64,000 nucleotides of DNA, from positions 51,586,001 to 51,650,000 of the forward strand of contig NC_086097.1 in assembly GCF_963921235.1 (NCBI RefSeq), written 5' to 3'. A program made the translations under genes and the position numbers. Within the stretch, counting starts at the first letter, position 1. Every line of letters begins with the position of its first letter. This document shows positions 26,990 through 40,200 of this stretch, in pieces. Source of the DNA: Mobula hypostoma. Taxonomy: Eukaryota. The notes under the pieces were generated by a model that saw nothing but the letters and a program-made list of their open reading frames with translations, had not been told where the DNA came from and searched no databases.

Positions 26990-27670
26990 ATCTGTCTCCG
27001 AGAGTTTTCCGCGAGGCTGCGACCAAATCCTGCAGCAGGGAGGCCGGGAAGCCAAGAGTCAGAGTGTGGGCCCACGATCGACTCCATCTCTTGCCGATCA
27101 AAGCGCCAAAGAAGATTGAAAGCATCGAGGCGGGTGTGGAAGCAAGAGAGTGTTGAGTGTCATCTACCAGCCTCTTGCTCGCTGCTGCCGGAGAAGGTGA
27201 CCGGGGGTGGCGGTCTCTTGCTCTCTTGCTTACTGCTCACAAGGAAAGATCCTTGTGTTCATGTGATCTCTCTCCCTCGATGCTGTTGGCGGATGGGGAC
27301 GGACCAAGGCTTAATCAATGCAGTTTGTAGACTTGGACCCTATCTCAGTTTCTATGATACATTCTATTTCTAGTTCTAGTTCTTGTTGCTCTTTTTTTTT
27401 TGGTTTCTAATTTTACGTGATTTTTGAATTGGGTGGCTTGCAGATAATGAACACTGAGCTGAACAGTGCTGAAATATGCTTTTGTGTTTTCACTCTTTTT
27501 TATTACTATTTGCATGTGTTGTGGGGGAGCGGTGGTTTGATGTTTGAAGTTTTTCTTTGAAGGGGTTGGTTTCGTAGTTCTTCTCTGTTTCGTGACTGTC
27601 GGGGAAGACGAATCTCAGGGTTGTATACTGTATACATACAGTGATAAGAAATGTATTTTGAACTTGAACT
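26990..27670 (+). mobile_element. Probable non-autonomous element ending in a Rex1-type tail
   Basis: GC/CpG-rich head with no recognisable protein; tail GAATCTCAGGGTTGTATA...GATAAGAAATGTATTTTGAACTTGAAC resembles the Rex1 end at 45500-45569. Confidence 0.5.
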
Positions 27671-27869
27671 ATAGAGATTAAGATTTTAATATCTAAGATT
27701 TAAGATATTGAAGGAGACAAATCACAGGGGAGAGAGGTTCTGGATGGAGGAAGGTTTAGGTTGGTGGATATACTCATAGATTGATGATCTGGTAAGATCA
27801 TGGCACTCATTGGCTAGCCTAGAGGACAGTGGATTGACCAGAGAAGGGGTAGAGATCATGAGGGATTTG

Positions 27870-30800
27870 GAATCATTATCAGAATCAGGTTTAATATCAC
27901 CGGCATACATTGTTTTGTGGCAGCAGTACATTACAATGCATAATAATTTAAAATGATATAAATTACAAGAAGAAATAAATTTTAAAAATTAATTTAAATA
28001 AGTACTGCAAAAAGAGAAAAAATAATTGAGGTAGTGTACATAGGTTCATTGTTCATTCGGAAATCTGATGGCAGAAGGCTGTCCTTAAAATGTTGAGTGT
28101 TTGCCTTTAGGATCCTGTACCTCCTCCTTGATGGTAGCAATGAGAAGAGGGCACGTCCTGGGTGATGAGTCCTTAGTGATGGACGCCACCTTTTTGAGGC
28201 ATTGTCTTTGAAAATGTCCTCAATGCTGCCGAGGCTAATGGCCACTATGGAGCTGGCAACTTGAATTTGCAAACTCCTGCAGCTTTTTCTGATCTGGCGC
28301 GGTCGCCCCTCTATTCCAGACAATGATGCAATCAGTCACAATACTTTCCACGGTATACCTGTAGAAATTTGTGAGCGTCTTTGGTGTCATACCAAGTCTC
28401 CTCAAACTTGTAGTGAAATATAGCCACTAACATGCCTTCTTAGGAATTGCATTCAGTATGTTGGGCCCAGAGAGGGTGACTCCCCCCCAGGAACTTGAAA
28501 CTGCTCACTCTTTTCACTGCTGATCCCTCGCCTTCCCCTTCCTGAAGTCCACAATCAATTCCTTGGTCTTACTGACATTGAGTGCAAGATTGTTGATGTG
28601 ACATCACTCAATAAACTGACCTATCTCACTCCTGCACACTTCTTCATCACCATCTAAAATTCTGCCAATAACGGTTACGTCATCAGCAAATTTATTGTTT
28701 GTGTTTGATCTGTGCATAGCCACACAGTCATGAGAGTAGAGAGAGTAAAGCAGTGGGCTAATTGTGTATTCCTGAGGTGCACCTGTGTTGACTGCCACAA
28801 GGAGAAGTTGTTAGGATCTATCTGCATTGACTGTGGTTTCTCAATAAGGAAGTCAAGGATCCAGTTGCAGAGGGGGGTACAGAGGCCCAGGTTATTGATT
28901 AGTAATGTGGGTATGATAGTATTGATTGCTGAGCTGCAATCAATAAACAGCAGCCTGACATAGGTATTGCTATTGTCCGGGTGATGCAAGGCCGGAGGAA
29001 GAGCCAGTGAGATTGCATCTGCTGTCCATTATTAAGGACCTCCAGCACCCAGGGCATGCCCTTTTCTCACTGTTACCATCAGGTAGAATCAGAATCAGAA
29101 TCAGGTTTATTATCACCGGCATGTGCCGTGAAATTTGTTAACTTAGCAGCAGCAGTTCCATGCAATACATAATCTAGCAGAGACAGAAAAAAAAGTAATA
29201 TTAAATAAAATAAAATAAAACGTAATAATAAATAAACAAGTAAATTACATATATTGAATTAATTATTAAAAATGTGCAAAAACAGAAATTATATTAAAAA
29301 AGTGAGGTAGTGTCCAAAGATTCAAAGTCCATTCAGAATTGGATGGCAGAGGGGAAGAAGCTGTTCCTGAATCACTGAGTGTGTGCCTTCAGGTTTCTGT
29401 ACCTCCTACCTGATGGTAACAGTGAGAAAAGGGCATGCTCTGGGTGCTGGAGGTCCTTAATAATGGACGCTGTCTTTCTGAGACACCAATCCCTAGAGAT
29501 GTCCTGGGTACATTTGAGGCTAGTGCCCAAGATGGAACTGACTAGATTTACAACCTGCAGAAGCTTCTTTCGGTCCTGAGCAGTAGCCCCTCCATACCAG
29601 ACAGTGATGCAGCCTGTCAGAATGCTCTCCACGGTACAACTATAGAAGTTTTTGGGTGTATTTGTTACAGAAGCCTGAAGGCACACCCTCAGCGATTCAC
29701 GAAGAGCTTCTTCCCCTCTGCCATCCGATTCCTAAATGTACATTGAATCTTTGGACACTACCTCACTTTTTTTTAATATACAGTATTTATGTTTTTGTAT
29801 TTTTTTAAATCTATTCAATATACGTAATTGATTTACTTGTTTATTTATTGTTATTATCCTTATTTTATTTATTATTTTTTTTCTCTCTGCTAGATTATGT
29901 ATCGCATGGAACTGCTGCTGCTAAGTTAACAAATTTCACGTCACATGCCAGTGATGATAAACCTGATTCTGATTCTGACCTATTGTGGAAATAGGTAAAT
30001 TGCAGTGGGTTCAGGTCCTTGCTTATGCAGGAATCGATTGTGGCCATGACCAGCCTCTCAAAGCACTTCATCACAGTAGATGTGAATGCAACTGTGGGAT
30101 AGTCATTGAGGCAGCTCACCCTGCTCTTCTTGGGCACTGGCATGATTGTTGCCTTTTGAAGCAGCTGGGAATCTCTGACAGCAGCAGTGAGAGATTGAAG
30201 GTTTCCTTGAACACTCCTGTCAGTTGGTTGGCACAGGTTTTCAGAGCCCCACCAGGTGCACCATCAGGGCTTGACGCCTTCTGAGAGTATACCCTCTTGA
30301 AAGATGTTCTCAGGTCAGCCTCTGAGACAGAGATCACAAGGTCACCGGATGCTACAGGGATTCGCACAGATGTAGCTTTATTCTCCCTTTCAAAGTGTGC
30401 ATAAAAGACACTGAGCTCAGCTGGGAGTGAAGCATCACAGCCATTCACGATGTTAGGTTTCGCCTTGTAGGAAGTATTGGCTGCGAACCCTGCTAGAACT
30501 GACGTGCATCCTTTTGTGTTCCAACTCCAACTGGAATTGTTGTTTTTGCTCTTAGAATAGCCTTCCGTTGGTCATACCTGAACCTCTTTTATAGTTCTGG
30601 ATCTCTGGTCTTGAAAGCCACAGATCTGGCTCTCAGCAGATTACAAATCTCGTTTACCTACGGCTTTTGGTTTGGGTGTGTCTGGTGTATTCTCAAAGGC
30701 ACACTCATGCACACAGTTCTTGATGAAGTATTCTTGTGATGTATTCATTCAGATTCGAAGATGAATTCCTGAATACTGTCCAGTGCACCAACTCAAAGCG

Positions 30801-31030
30801 TCCTGCAAGCTCTGCTCCACCTTCCTTGACCATTCCTCCTTGGTTCTCACCACTGGTGCTGTTGTCTTTAGTCTCTGCCTGTATACTGGGAGCAGAAATA
30901 GAGCCAGGTACCGTCAGGTAATCAGACTTTCCAAAGTTAGGGAGTGTGATAACATGATAAGTGCTCTTGATGGTGACACTGTTATACCATCATCAATATA
31001 TCACCTGGGTGAGCTCCACAGGTGATATGT
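27870..31030 (-). mobile_element. Long decayed Rex1-type LINE hosting two nested Rex1 fragments at 29020-29978
   Basis: [82 protein letters not shown] tail near 27880. Confidence 0.85.
29020..29978. mobile_element. Plus-strand Rex1 3' end (29020-29086 and 29666-29978) interrupted by a minus-strand copy of the same subfamily (29087-29665)
   Basis: ...ACCATCAGGTAG continues as ACAGAAGCCTGAAGGCACAC; tails AATCAGAATCAGAATCAGG and CCTGATTCTGATTCTGA. Confidence 0.85.
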
Positions 31031-31234
31031 TTGTGGCAGTTGTCACCTTGTCTTTCCCTTCTTCAAGCTAGTTGAAATCCTCCGCATGGAAGGCATGAGG
31101 GTGCGCTGTTTTGTGACCGCTGATCACAGTGATCAGCTCCTCCGGTGCCTACCTGATGTTGGCCAGAGGTGGAATGTACACAGCTACCGGGTTGATGGCA
31201 GAAAATTCCCTCAGCAGATAAAATGCAATGCACT

Positions 31235-31484
31235 TGACTGCATGCCCTGTTTCTCATTGTTATCGTCAGGAAGGAGGTATCGAGGCCTGAAGGCACACAC
31301 TCAGTGATTCAGAAACAGCTTCTTCCCCTCTGCCATCCGATGTATGGACATCGAACCCTTGAACACTACCTCACTACTTTTTCCTTCTGTTTTTCAACTT
31401 CTTATTTAAGTTAACTACTATATATATATATATTCTTTCTGTAATTCACAGATTTTTCAATATTATTATATATTGCATTGTACT
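31235..31484 (+). mobile_element. Rex1-type LINE 3' fragment
   Basis: FSLLSSGRRYRGLKAHTQ*FRNSFFPSAI. Confidence 0.8.
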
Positions 31485-31544
31485 GGGTTTGGGTTGGGTT
31501 TGGGTATTTGAATCTCCATAATATTTGTTTGGCTTAAATAGGGA

Positions 31545-33531
31545 CCTATGGGTGTCAAGTGAGGTGGAAAATCTAGTCAGGTGGAAGAAGGCAGCATACA
31601 TGAGGTTTAGGAAGCAAGGATCAGATGGGTCTATTGAGGAATATAGGGAAGCAAGAAAGAAGCTTAAGAAGGGGCTGAGAAGAGCAAGAAGGGGGCATGA
31701 GAAGGCCTTGGCGAGTAGGGTAGAGGAAAACCCCAAGGCATTCTTCAATTATGTGAAGAAAAAAAGGATGACAGGAGTGAAGGTGGGACCGATTAGAGAT
31801 AAAGGTGGGAAGATGTGCCTGGAGGCTGTGGAAGTGAGCGAGGTCCTCAATGAATACTTCTCTTCGGTAGTCACCAATGAGAGGGAATTTGATGATGGTG
31901 GGGACAATATGAGTGAGGTAGATGTTCTGGAGCATGTTGATATTAAGGGAGAGGAGGTGTTGGAGTTGTTAAAATACATTAGGACGGATAAGTCCCCAGG
32001 GCCTGATGGAATATTCCCCAGGTTGCTCCACGAGGCGAGGGAAGAGATTGCTGAGCCTCTGGCTAGGGTCTTTATGTCCTCGTTGTCCATGGGAATGGTA
32101 CCGGAGGATTGGAGGGAGGCGAATGTTGTCCCCTTGTTCAAAAAAGGTAGTAGGGATAATCCAGGTAATTATAGACCAGTGAGCCTTACGTCTGTGGTGA
32201 GAAAGCTGTTGGAAAAGATTCTTAGAAATACGATCTCTGGGCATTTAGAGAATCATGGTCTGATCAGGGACAGTCAGCATGGCTTTGTGAAGGGCAGATC
32301 GTGTCTAACAAGCCTGATAGAGTTCTTTGAGGAGGTGACCAGGCATATAGATGAGGGTAGTGCAGTGGATGTGATTTAAATGGATTTTAGTAAGGCATTT
32401 GCAAGGTTTCACATGGTAGGCTTATTCAGAAAGTCAGAAGGCATGGGATCCAGGGAAGTTTGGCCAGGTGGATTCAGAATTGGCTTGCCTGCAGAAGGCA
32501 GAGGGTGGTGTTGGAGGGAGTACATTCAGATTGGAGGATTGTGACTAGTGGTGTCCCACAAGGATCTGTTCTGGGACCTCTACTTTTCGTGATTTTTATT
32601 AATGACCTGGATGTTGGGGTAGAAGGGTGGGTTGGCAAGTTTGCAGCCGACACAAAGGTTGGTGGTGCTGTAGATAGTGTAGAGGATTGTCAAAGATTGC
32701 AGAGAGACATTGATAGGATGCAGAAGTGGGCTGAGAAGTGGCAGATGGAGTTCAAACCGGAGAAGTGTGAGGTGGTACACTTTGGAAGGACAAACTCCAA
32801 GGCAGAGTACAAAGTAAACGGCAGGATACTTGGTAGTGTGGAGGAGCAGAGGGATCTCAGGGTACATGTCCACAGATCCCTGAAAGTTGCCTCACAGGTG
32901 GATAGGATAGTTAAGAAAGCTTATGGGGTGTTAGCTTTCATAAGTCGAGGGATAGAGTTTAAGAGTCGCGATGCAGCCCTATAAAACTCTGGTTAGGCCA
33001 CACTTGGAGTACCGTGTCCATTTCTGGTCACCTCACTATAGGAAGGATGTGGAAGCATTTGAAAGGGTACAGAGGAGATTTACCAGGATGCTGCCTGGTT
33101 TAGAGAGTATGGATTATGATCAGAGATTAAGGGAGCTAGGGCTTTACTCTTTGGAGAGAAGGAGGATGAGAGGAGACATGATAGAAGTGTACAAGATAAT
33201 AAGAGGAATAGATAGATTGGATAGCCAGCGCCTCTTCCCCAGGGCACCACTGCCCAATACAAGAGGACATGGCTTTAAGGTAAGGGGTGGGAAGTTCAAG
33301 GGGGATATTAGAGGAAGGTTTTTTACTCAGAGAGTGGTTCGTGCATGGAATGCACTGCCTGAGTCAGTGGTGGAAGCAGCTACACTAGTGAAATTTAAGA
33401 GACTACTAGACAAGTATATGGAGGAATTTAAGGTGGGGGCTTATATGGGAGGCAGGGTTTGAGTGTTGGCACAACATTGTGGGCCGAAGGGCCTGTACTG
33501 TGCTGTACTATTCTATGCTCTATGTTCTATG
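31545..33531 (+). mobile_element. CR1 LINE, 5'-truncated (RT and 3' end); same subfamily as 52368-55150
   Basis: ORFs 31525, 32460 and 32971 carry CR1 RT motifs; tail TTCTATGCTCTATGTTCTATG. Confidence 0.93.
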
Positions 33532-34429
33532 AATGCGTTTCTACTGTGTGATTCAATGGCATAGTGTTTGCTCTGGTAGATCACCTTTCATTGATGAAGA
33601 GGCAGGCTTCATAGCATTATGAAATCCTTTTTTGTGTGAAGAGGCAGCACTATCAGCAATCATGTAGATGAGGACATAATCATGTCGGTGCTGTCTAGGT
33701 GTGCTTTACACATTGTTAAATGACACTCTATGTGTCCAGGCTCTGCTGTGGATTAGCTTGTCAGTTGCATGGAGAATCTGGAAGGAATTGTAGCTACGAA
33801 ACTTCCAGTAAATCTTCAATTCTTGCTTATGATTGATTTTTCCCCCACTGAAATTGAACTACACAATCCAATTTAAATAGCATTTTATTTCTCAGCAAAG
33901 TATTTTCTTCTACTGCCTTAGGTACTCCCACGCAGCAATTTCTTAACTGTACTTGAAGTAAATTATACTTCAGTGTCACACAGTTACCATTAGTTTGTCT
34001 GAAAAATGCAAGTGTTTCTGAGTGTTAAGTGCCATCACGACAACAGGATCTATGTGCATCAGATAATCTTTATAGCATGTGACTTTTAAAAATATAACTC
34101 ATTTTTATTTATTAAACAATGTATTTATGAGATGCTGTAAGTCTCAGGGCAATTAAGATAAACCCATAAAAATTAATATTTTATTTTGAGCGGTAAAGTA
34201 GTAAGAAATAAATTATGCATACATCGAGGGCCCAAATTATTTTGGCATCTGATTGTATCAATACATTAACTCCTGTATGAGACCATTTTGGTCGACCTGA
34301 AGAGTTAAAAATTAGAATTATGTATTATCACAACTTTAATTTTTAACTCCTTTGCCACTTCTGGTATTATCTTCACTCACTTTTATACCTTTCCTCCTCT
34401 AACCAGCCTCACCACAACCACTCCTCTAT

Positions 34430-35723
34430 TAGTTGTGGACCCTTTCTGACACTTCCCTCACCTCCTCAGTCTCTCTGTCTCTTTCTCTGGAGACAAACTG
34501 TCAATGGACAACTTATATAAACCTCCCGATTCCCACAGTTATCTTGACTACACCTCTTCCCACCCTGTCTCCTGCAAAAATGCTATTCCCTTTTCCCAGT
34601 TCCTCCAGCTCCACTGCATTTGTTCCAAGGATGCGGCTTTCCTTTCCAGGGCATTAGAGATGTTCTCCTTCTTCAAAGAATGGGGTCTCCCTTCCTCCAC
34701 CATAGATGCTGCCCTCACTTGTATCTCTTTCATTTCCTGAACATCCACACTCACCCCATCTTCCTGCTGCCTTAACAGTGATAGCGTTCTTCTCATCCTT
34801 ACCTACCAACCCATGGGCCTCTGCATCCAACACATCAAGCTCTGCAACTTCCGCCATCTACAAAGGGATCTTACAGCTAAACGTACTTTACCCCGCCCCT
34901 CCCCACTTTCTGCATGCATCACTCCCTCTGTAATTTCCTTGTCCATCTGTCCCTCCAGCACAGATCCCTGCAAGTGACTTAAGTGCTACACCTGCCCATT
35001 TACCTCCTCCCTCACCTACATTCAGGGTCGCAAACGGTCCATCCAGGTGAGGCAGCACTTCACCTGCAAATATGCTGGGATTGTCTTTTATGTCAGGTGC
35101 ACCCAGTGTGGCCTCTTCTACACTGGTGAGACCTAGCGTAAATTGGGGGATCATTTCGCCAAGCACCTCCGCACCATCCGCCAAATGTGGAACTTCTCAG
35201 CGGCCAAACATTTTAATTCTTATTCCTATTCCTGCTCTGACATGTCGGTCACGGCCTCCTCTTGTGCTAAGATGAGGCCACCCTCAGGGTAGAGAAGCAA
35301 CACTTTATATTCCGTCTGGGTAGCCTCCAACCTGATGGCATGAACTTCAGTTTTCTTTTCAGTAAAAAAAATTTCCCTCCCCTTCCCCTCTTCATCTATT
35401 TCCCACTCTGGTCTCTTACCTCATCTCACCTGCCTATCACCTCCCCTGGGTCCTCCTCATCCCTCCCTTCCTCTTATGGGCCACTCTCTTCTCATCAGAT
35501 TGCTTCCTCTCCAGCCCTTTACCTTCCCTCCCTACCCACCTGACTTCACCTATCACTGTCTAGCTATCCTCCTTCCCCTCCCTCCATCATTATTATTCTG
35601 GCGTCTTCCCCCTTCTTTTTCAGTCCTGATGAAGGGCCTCAGCCCAAAACGTTGCCTTTTTATTCTTTTCCATAGATGCTGCCTGACCTGCTGAATTCCT
35701 CCAGAATTTTGTGTGTGTTGCTT
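34430..35723 (+). mobile_element. Penelope-like element, 5'-truncated (RT C-terminus, GIY-YIG endonuclease, pseudo-LTR with hammerhead-like motif)
   Basis: YKPPDSHSYLDYTSSHPVSCKNAIPFSQFLQLHCICS; GIVFYVRCTQCGLFYTGET*RKLGDHFAKHL; CTGATGA motif at 35626. Confidence 0.88.
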
Positions 35724-36399
35724 TAGTTGTGGAGTGACCTGTTGGAAACTTCAAAGCCTGAGTTAAGTAGAATTCCAATTTGGGTTTTCAGGTTCTAATC
35801 TCTAGCATTTAGTTGTAGTAATATCTACGCCCATTTAATGAATAAGTCACAATTTGGGACATTAATATACTAAAAAATTAATGCTGCTAGATGAAGACAT
35901 GGTGTGTGTGGGAAGTCTTGGACAACTGCTGTCATCATGAGAAGCTTTACTGCTACGAGAGTAGTCCAGAAGAGCCCATTCTTGTCCTGAAATTTGCTCA
36001 GGAGAATTAATGTTGTAGATTCAGAAATTTTACATGTATTATCAGACTATTGTCTATTGTCTATTCCACCCTCTGTGCATACTGTGCAGTGAATGAGGAC
36101 CAGGATCATAAGCTGTTAAATGACCTCACCATAGGGGATAATAGTGGTCCATAACATTGCTACATTACTGTTGCCATCATGAACTATTCTGAGTCCGACA
36201 TTCCTTTACTCTATCCAAAGAAAGCTCATGAGGTCCTGTGCACTTTCTAGCATCAGCATTATCTGGCATTATCTCTATTAGTGGAAAAATGCACAGTACA
36301 ACCTCAGCAGAACTCCTACTCCTTTGACGACTGCCAGTTGCATTGCGTGAATTCTTGCCTTCATATATCCAGGAAATGACCTTGACACAGGGATTTCAG

Positions 36400-37240
36400 C
36401 AACACAACAGGGAACATTGGAAACAGGTCAGGACGCATGTGTGGAAAAAGGTTTGAATGGTTTCAGAAGATCCTTCATCTGAGAGGTTAAAGCAAGAACA
36501 GCACAGGGAGTTCAGAAGATGTTAGGTTGGGGTAAAGAGGGAAATGGGAAAAAGGAAGTGGTTACATCCACGACAGTGGTTGTTGGTCTGGAGAGGGTAT
36601 GAGAGGGGTCTAGACAGATCAGAAATACTCGAGATAGGATAAGTAGTCTCGTGTCTGGGATGAGATGGCTAAGAAATGGGACACAGATAGAAGAAGCTAA
36701 GGCCTGATTGTTTAGGTTCAGAGAGGGGAAGATCGGAAGGAATGTGGACATTACAGCAGAATGTGAGCTGGGAGGAGAGTTCGGGGCTGAGGAAAATAAA
36801 AGAGGAAAACAAACCAGAGGAGAGTTGGAATTTAAGAGATGCTGAAATTTGAGTTCTTTGAAAGGATAAAAAAAAGGTTGTCTGTTGTAGCACTGAAATG
36901 TGGTGAACAATAAAGTGGAGTGGTGAAGCAGGACAGCTTTCTGATGGAGCGAGTCAGTGCTTTTGCAGAGAAAGGCCAAGAGCATGCATACACTGACATG
37001 TGGCATTAAGCTGGATCTCAGGATTCGAAGGGAACATTCTCTCAAGAAAAGCTGCATAGCTTGAGCATACCTATGATCCACAGTAGATCTGAATTGCAGA
37101 GGCTGTATTTTATGTGGGGTGAAGTGGAGCCTGAAATATTGGCTGGACCAGATATAGCTGTGGTGATGAATAATCTTCATCAATGCCTTAGTGAAGACGA
37201 GAAAAGAAACAAAACATAATACCGAGGGCAAGCAATGCAA
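36400..37240 (-). mobile_element. Probable Penelope-like derivative: N-terminal ORF region plus terminal repeat, with no RT
   Basis: 242-aa ORF (HHHSYI...HFTPHK...DHRY...SLRILRSSL...FKELKFQHL) recalls elasmobranch Penelope ORF N-termini; followed by a degenerate CAGATGAAGG...GAAAC terminal motif. Confidence 0.5.
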
Positions 37241-37269
37241 AAGAGATGGATGAAGACAGGAGTCAATGT

Positions 37270-40200
37270 TTTAGTGGTACCTTCATTATTGCAGGTGATT
37301 TTAACCATATGATCCTAAAGACAGTTCTGCTTAAATTCCACCAGCATGTTGATTTTGCTACCAGAGGTGAAAGTACACTAGACTTAGTTTACGCTAACAT
37401 TCCTGTAAAGCAATCCCTTGACCCCACATTGGACTCTCAGATCATTTATCTGTAATGTTAATTCCAGCATACAAGCCAGTGATCAAACGGGTTAACCTGT
37501 TGTAAAGGTGGTTAAGACCTGACCTGAGGGTGTAACCTCTGCACTACAGGACTGCTTTGTTAATACTAACTAGAGAATGCTCAGGGAGGCTGCTATCTAC
37601 GGTAACCATGTTAACGTTGAGGAATCTGTGGATTCTGTGACCAGCTATGTGTAGAAGTGTACAGAGGATGTTACCATCACAAAATATATCTGGGTGAGGG
37701 AAAATCAGTAGCTATGGCTTACTGCAGAGGTCCATGCCTGGCTGTCCCACCTGGCAAATGGGGTCTCATATGCCAGATCGCTGTTTATAGACTTCAGTTC
37801 AGCGTTCAACACCATCATACCCCAGAAACTGGTGGGGAAATTGTCCTTGCTGGTTCTCAACACCTCCCTCTGCAGATGGATACTGGACTTGTTAACAGTA
37901 AGGACACAGTCAGTCTGTGTGGGCAGCAACATCTCTCGTCCCATTACGCTGAGCACAGGCTCTCCCCAAGGCTGTGTACTCAGCCCACTGCTGACACATG
38001 ACTATGTCGCAGGATCTAGCTCAAACCATGTCAGCAAGTTTGCGGATGACACAACAGTGGTTGTCCTTATCGAGAATGATGACGAGACGGAGTATAGAGA
38101 GGAAGTGGAGTGGCTGGTGGATTGGTGTGAGAAGAACAACCTAAGCCTGAAAATGGAGAAGACAAAGGAAATCATTGTGGACTTCAGGAAGGTGCAGACA
38201 AACCATCCCCCTCTGTGAATCCATGGCTCCTCTGTGGGGAGACTTAAGTGTGCCAAGTTCCTGGGAGTTCACATCACAGGTGACCTCACCTGGTCCCTTA
38301 ATTTCACCTCCCTGAGCAAGAAGGCACAGCAGCGCCTCCACTTTCTAAGAAGATTGAGCCAAGGAAGGCCACCCCACCCATCTTAACTGGGTTTTACAGG
38401 AGCACCATTGAGAGTAACCTGACAAGTTGCAACTCCATCTGCTATGGGAGCAGTCGAACATCGGACCGGAAGTCCCTACAAAGGACTATGAGGACAGCTG
38501 AGAGTGTCAGAGGTGTCTCCCTATCATACATCGGGGACATTTATCAGGAGCGCTGCATACACAGGGCCCTTAGTGGTATTAAGGATTCCACACATCCATC
38601 CAGCATCCTCTTTGACTTTCTGTCATCAGGCAGGAGACTACGATGCATAAAAACAAGAATGGTCTGGAGGTGAAACAATTTCTTCCCCCAGCCATTAGGC
38701 TTCTGAACTCTCTGCTGCATTGTATTCGCAGTGTCACTGGTTAATCTATTCCGTACCTCACAATATTTAAAATTCATGCACTTTAGTTCGTTATTTAGAC
38801 CAGAAGACATAGGAACAGAATTAAGCCATCAAACCCATCGGGTTTGCTCTGCTATTCAATCATAATGATCCTTTTTCTCTCTTCCTCAACCTCATTCCCC
38901 GGCGTTCTCCCCGTAACCTTTGATGTCATTCCAATCAAGAACCTATCAATCTCCGCCCTAAATATACCAAATGACCTGGCCCCCACAGCTGGATGTGGTA
39001 ACAAATTCCAGAAATTCACCACCCTCTGGTTAAAAAAAATTCTCTGCCTCTCTGTTTTAAATGGACATGCCTCTATCCCGAGGCAGCACCCTCGTCCTAG
39101 ACTTCCCTGCCATGGGAAATATCCTTTCCACGTCTACTCTGTCTAGGCCTTTCAACATTTGAAAGGTTTCAATGAGATCCCACCCTAAATTCCAGCAAGT
39201 ACAGTCCCAGAGCCATCAAATGTTTCTCATATGATAACCCTTTCATTCCTGGAATTATCCTTGTGAACCGCCTCTGTACCCTCTCAAATGCCAGCACATC
39301 TTTTCTTAGATGAATAGCCCAAAAAATCACAATACTCAAGGTGAAGCCTCACCAGTGCCTTATAAAGCCTCAGCATCACATCCCTGCTCTTGTATTCAAG
39401 ACCTCCTGAAATGAATGCCAACATTGTATTTGCCTTCCTCACCAATGACTCAACCTGCAAGTTAATCTTTAGGGTGTTCTGTACAAGGACTCCCAAGTCC
39501 TTTTGCATTTCAGAGTTTTGAATTTTCTCCCTGTTTAGAAAATAGTCCGCACATTTATTTCTACTACCAAAGTGCATGACCATGCATTTTCCATCACTGT
39601 CTTTCATTTGCCACTTCCTTGCCCATTCTCCTAATCTGTCTAAGTCCTTCTGCATCCTACCTGTTTCCTCAACACTACCTGCCCCTCCACCAATCTTTGT
39701 ATCATCTGCAAACCTGGCAATAAAGCCATCTATTCCATCATCTAAGTCATTGATATACAGCATAAAAAGAAGTGGTCCCAACACTGACCCCTGCGGAACA
39801 CCACCAGTCACTGGCAACCAACCAGACAATGATCCTTTTAATCCCACTCCTTGCCTCCTACCAATCAGCCATCTGCTCTAACTGTGCTAGTAACTTTCCT
39901 GTAATACCATGGGCTCTTAACTTGGTAAGCAGCCTCATGTGTGGCACCTTGTCAAAGGCCTTCTGAAAGTCCAAATATACAACATCCTTTATCTATCCTA
40001 TTAGTATTCCCCTCAAAGCATTCCAGCAGGTTCATCAGGCAAGGTTGTCCTATCTTGTCCTGTGTCACCAAGTACTCCATTACCTCATCCTTAACAATTG
40101 ACTTTAATATTTTCCCAACCACTGAAGTCAGGCTAACTGGTCTATAATTTCCTTTTTGCTGCCTTCCTCTTTTCTTAGAGAGTGGAGAGCCATTTTCAAT

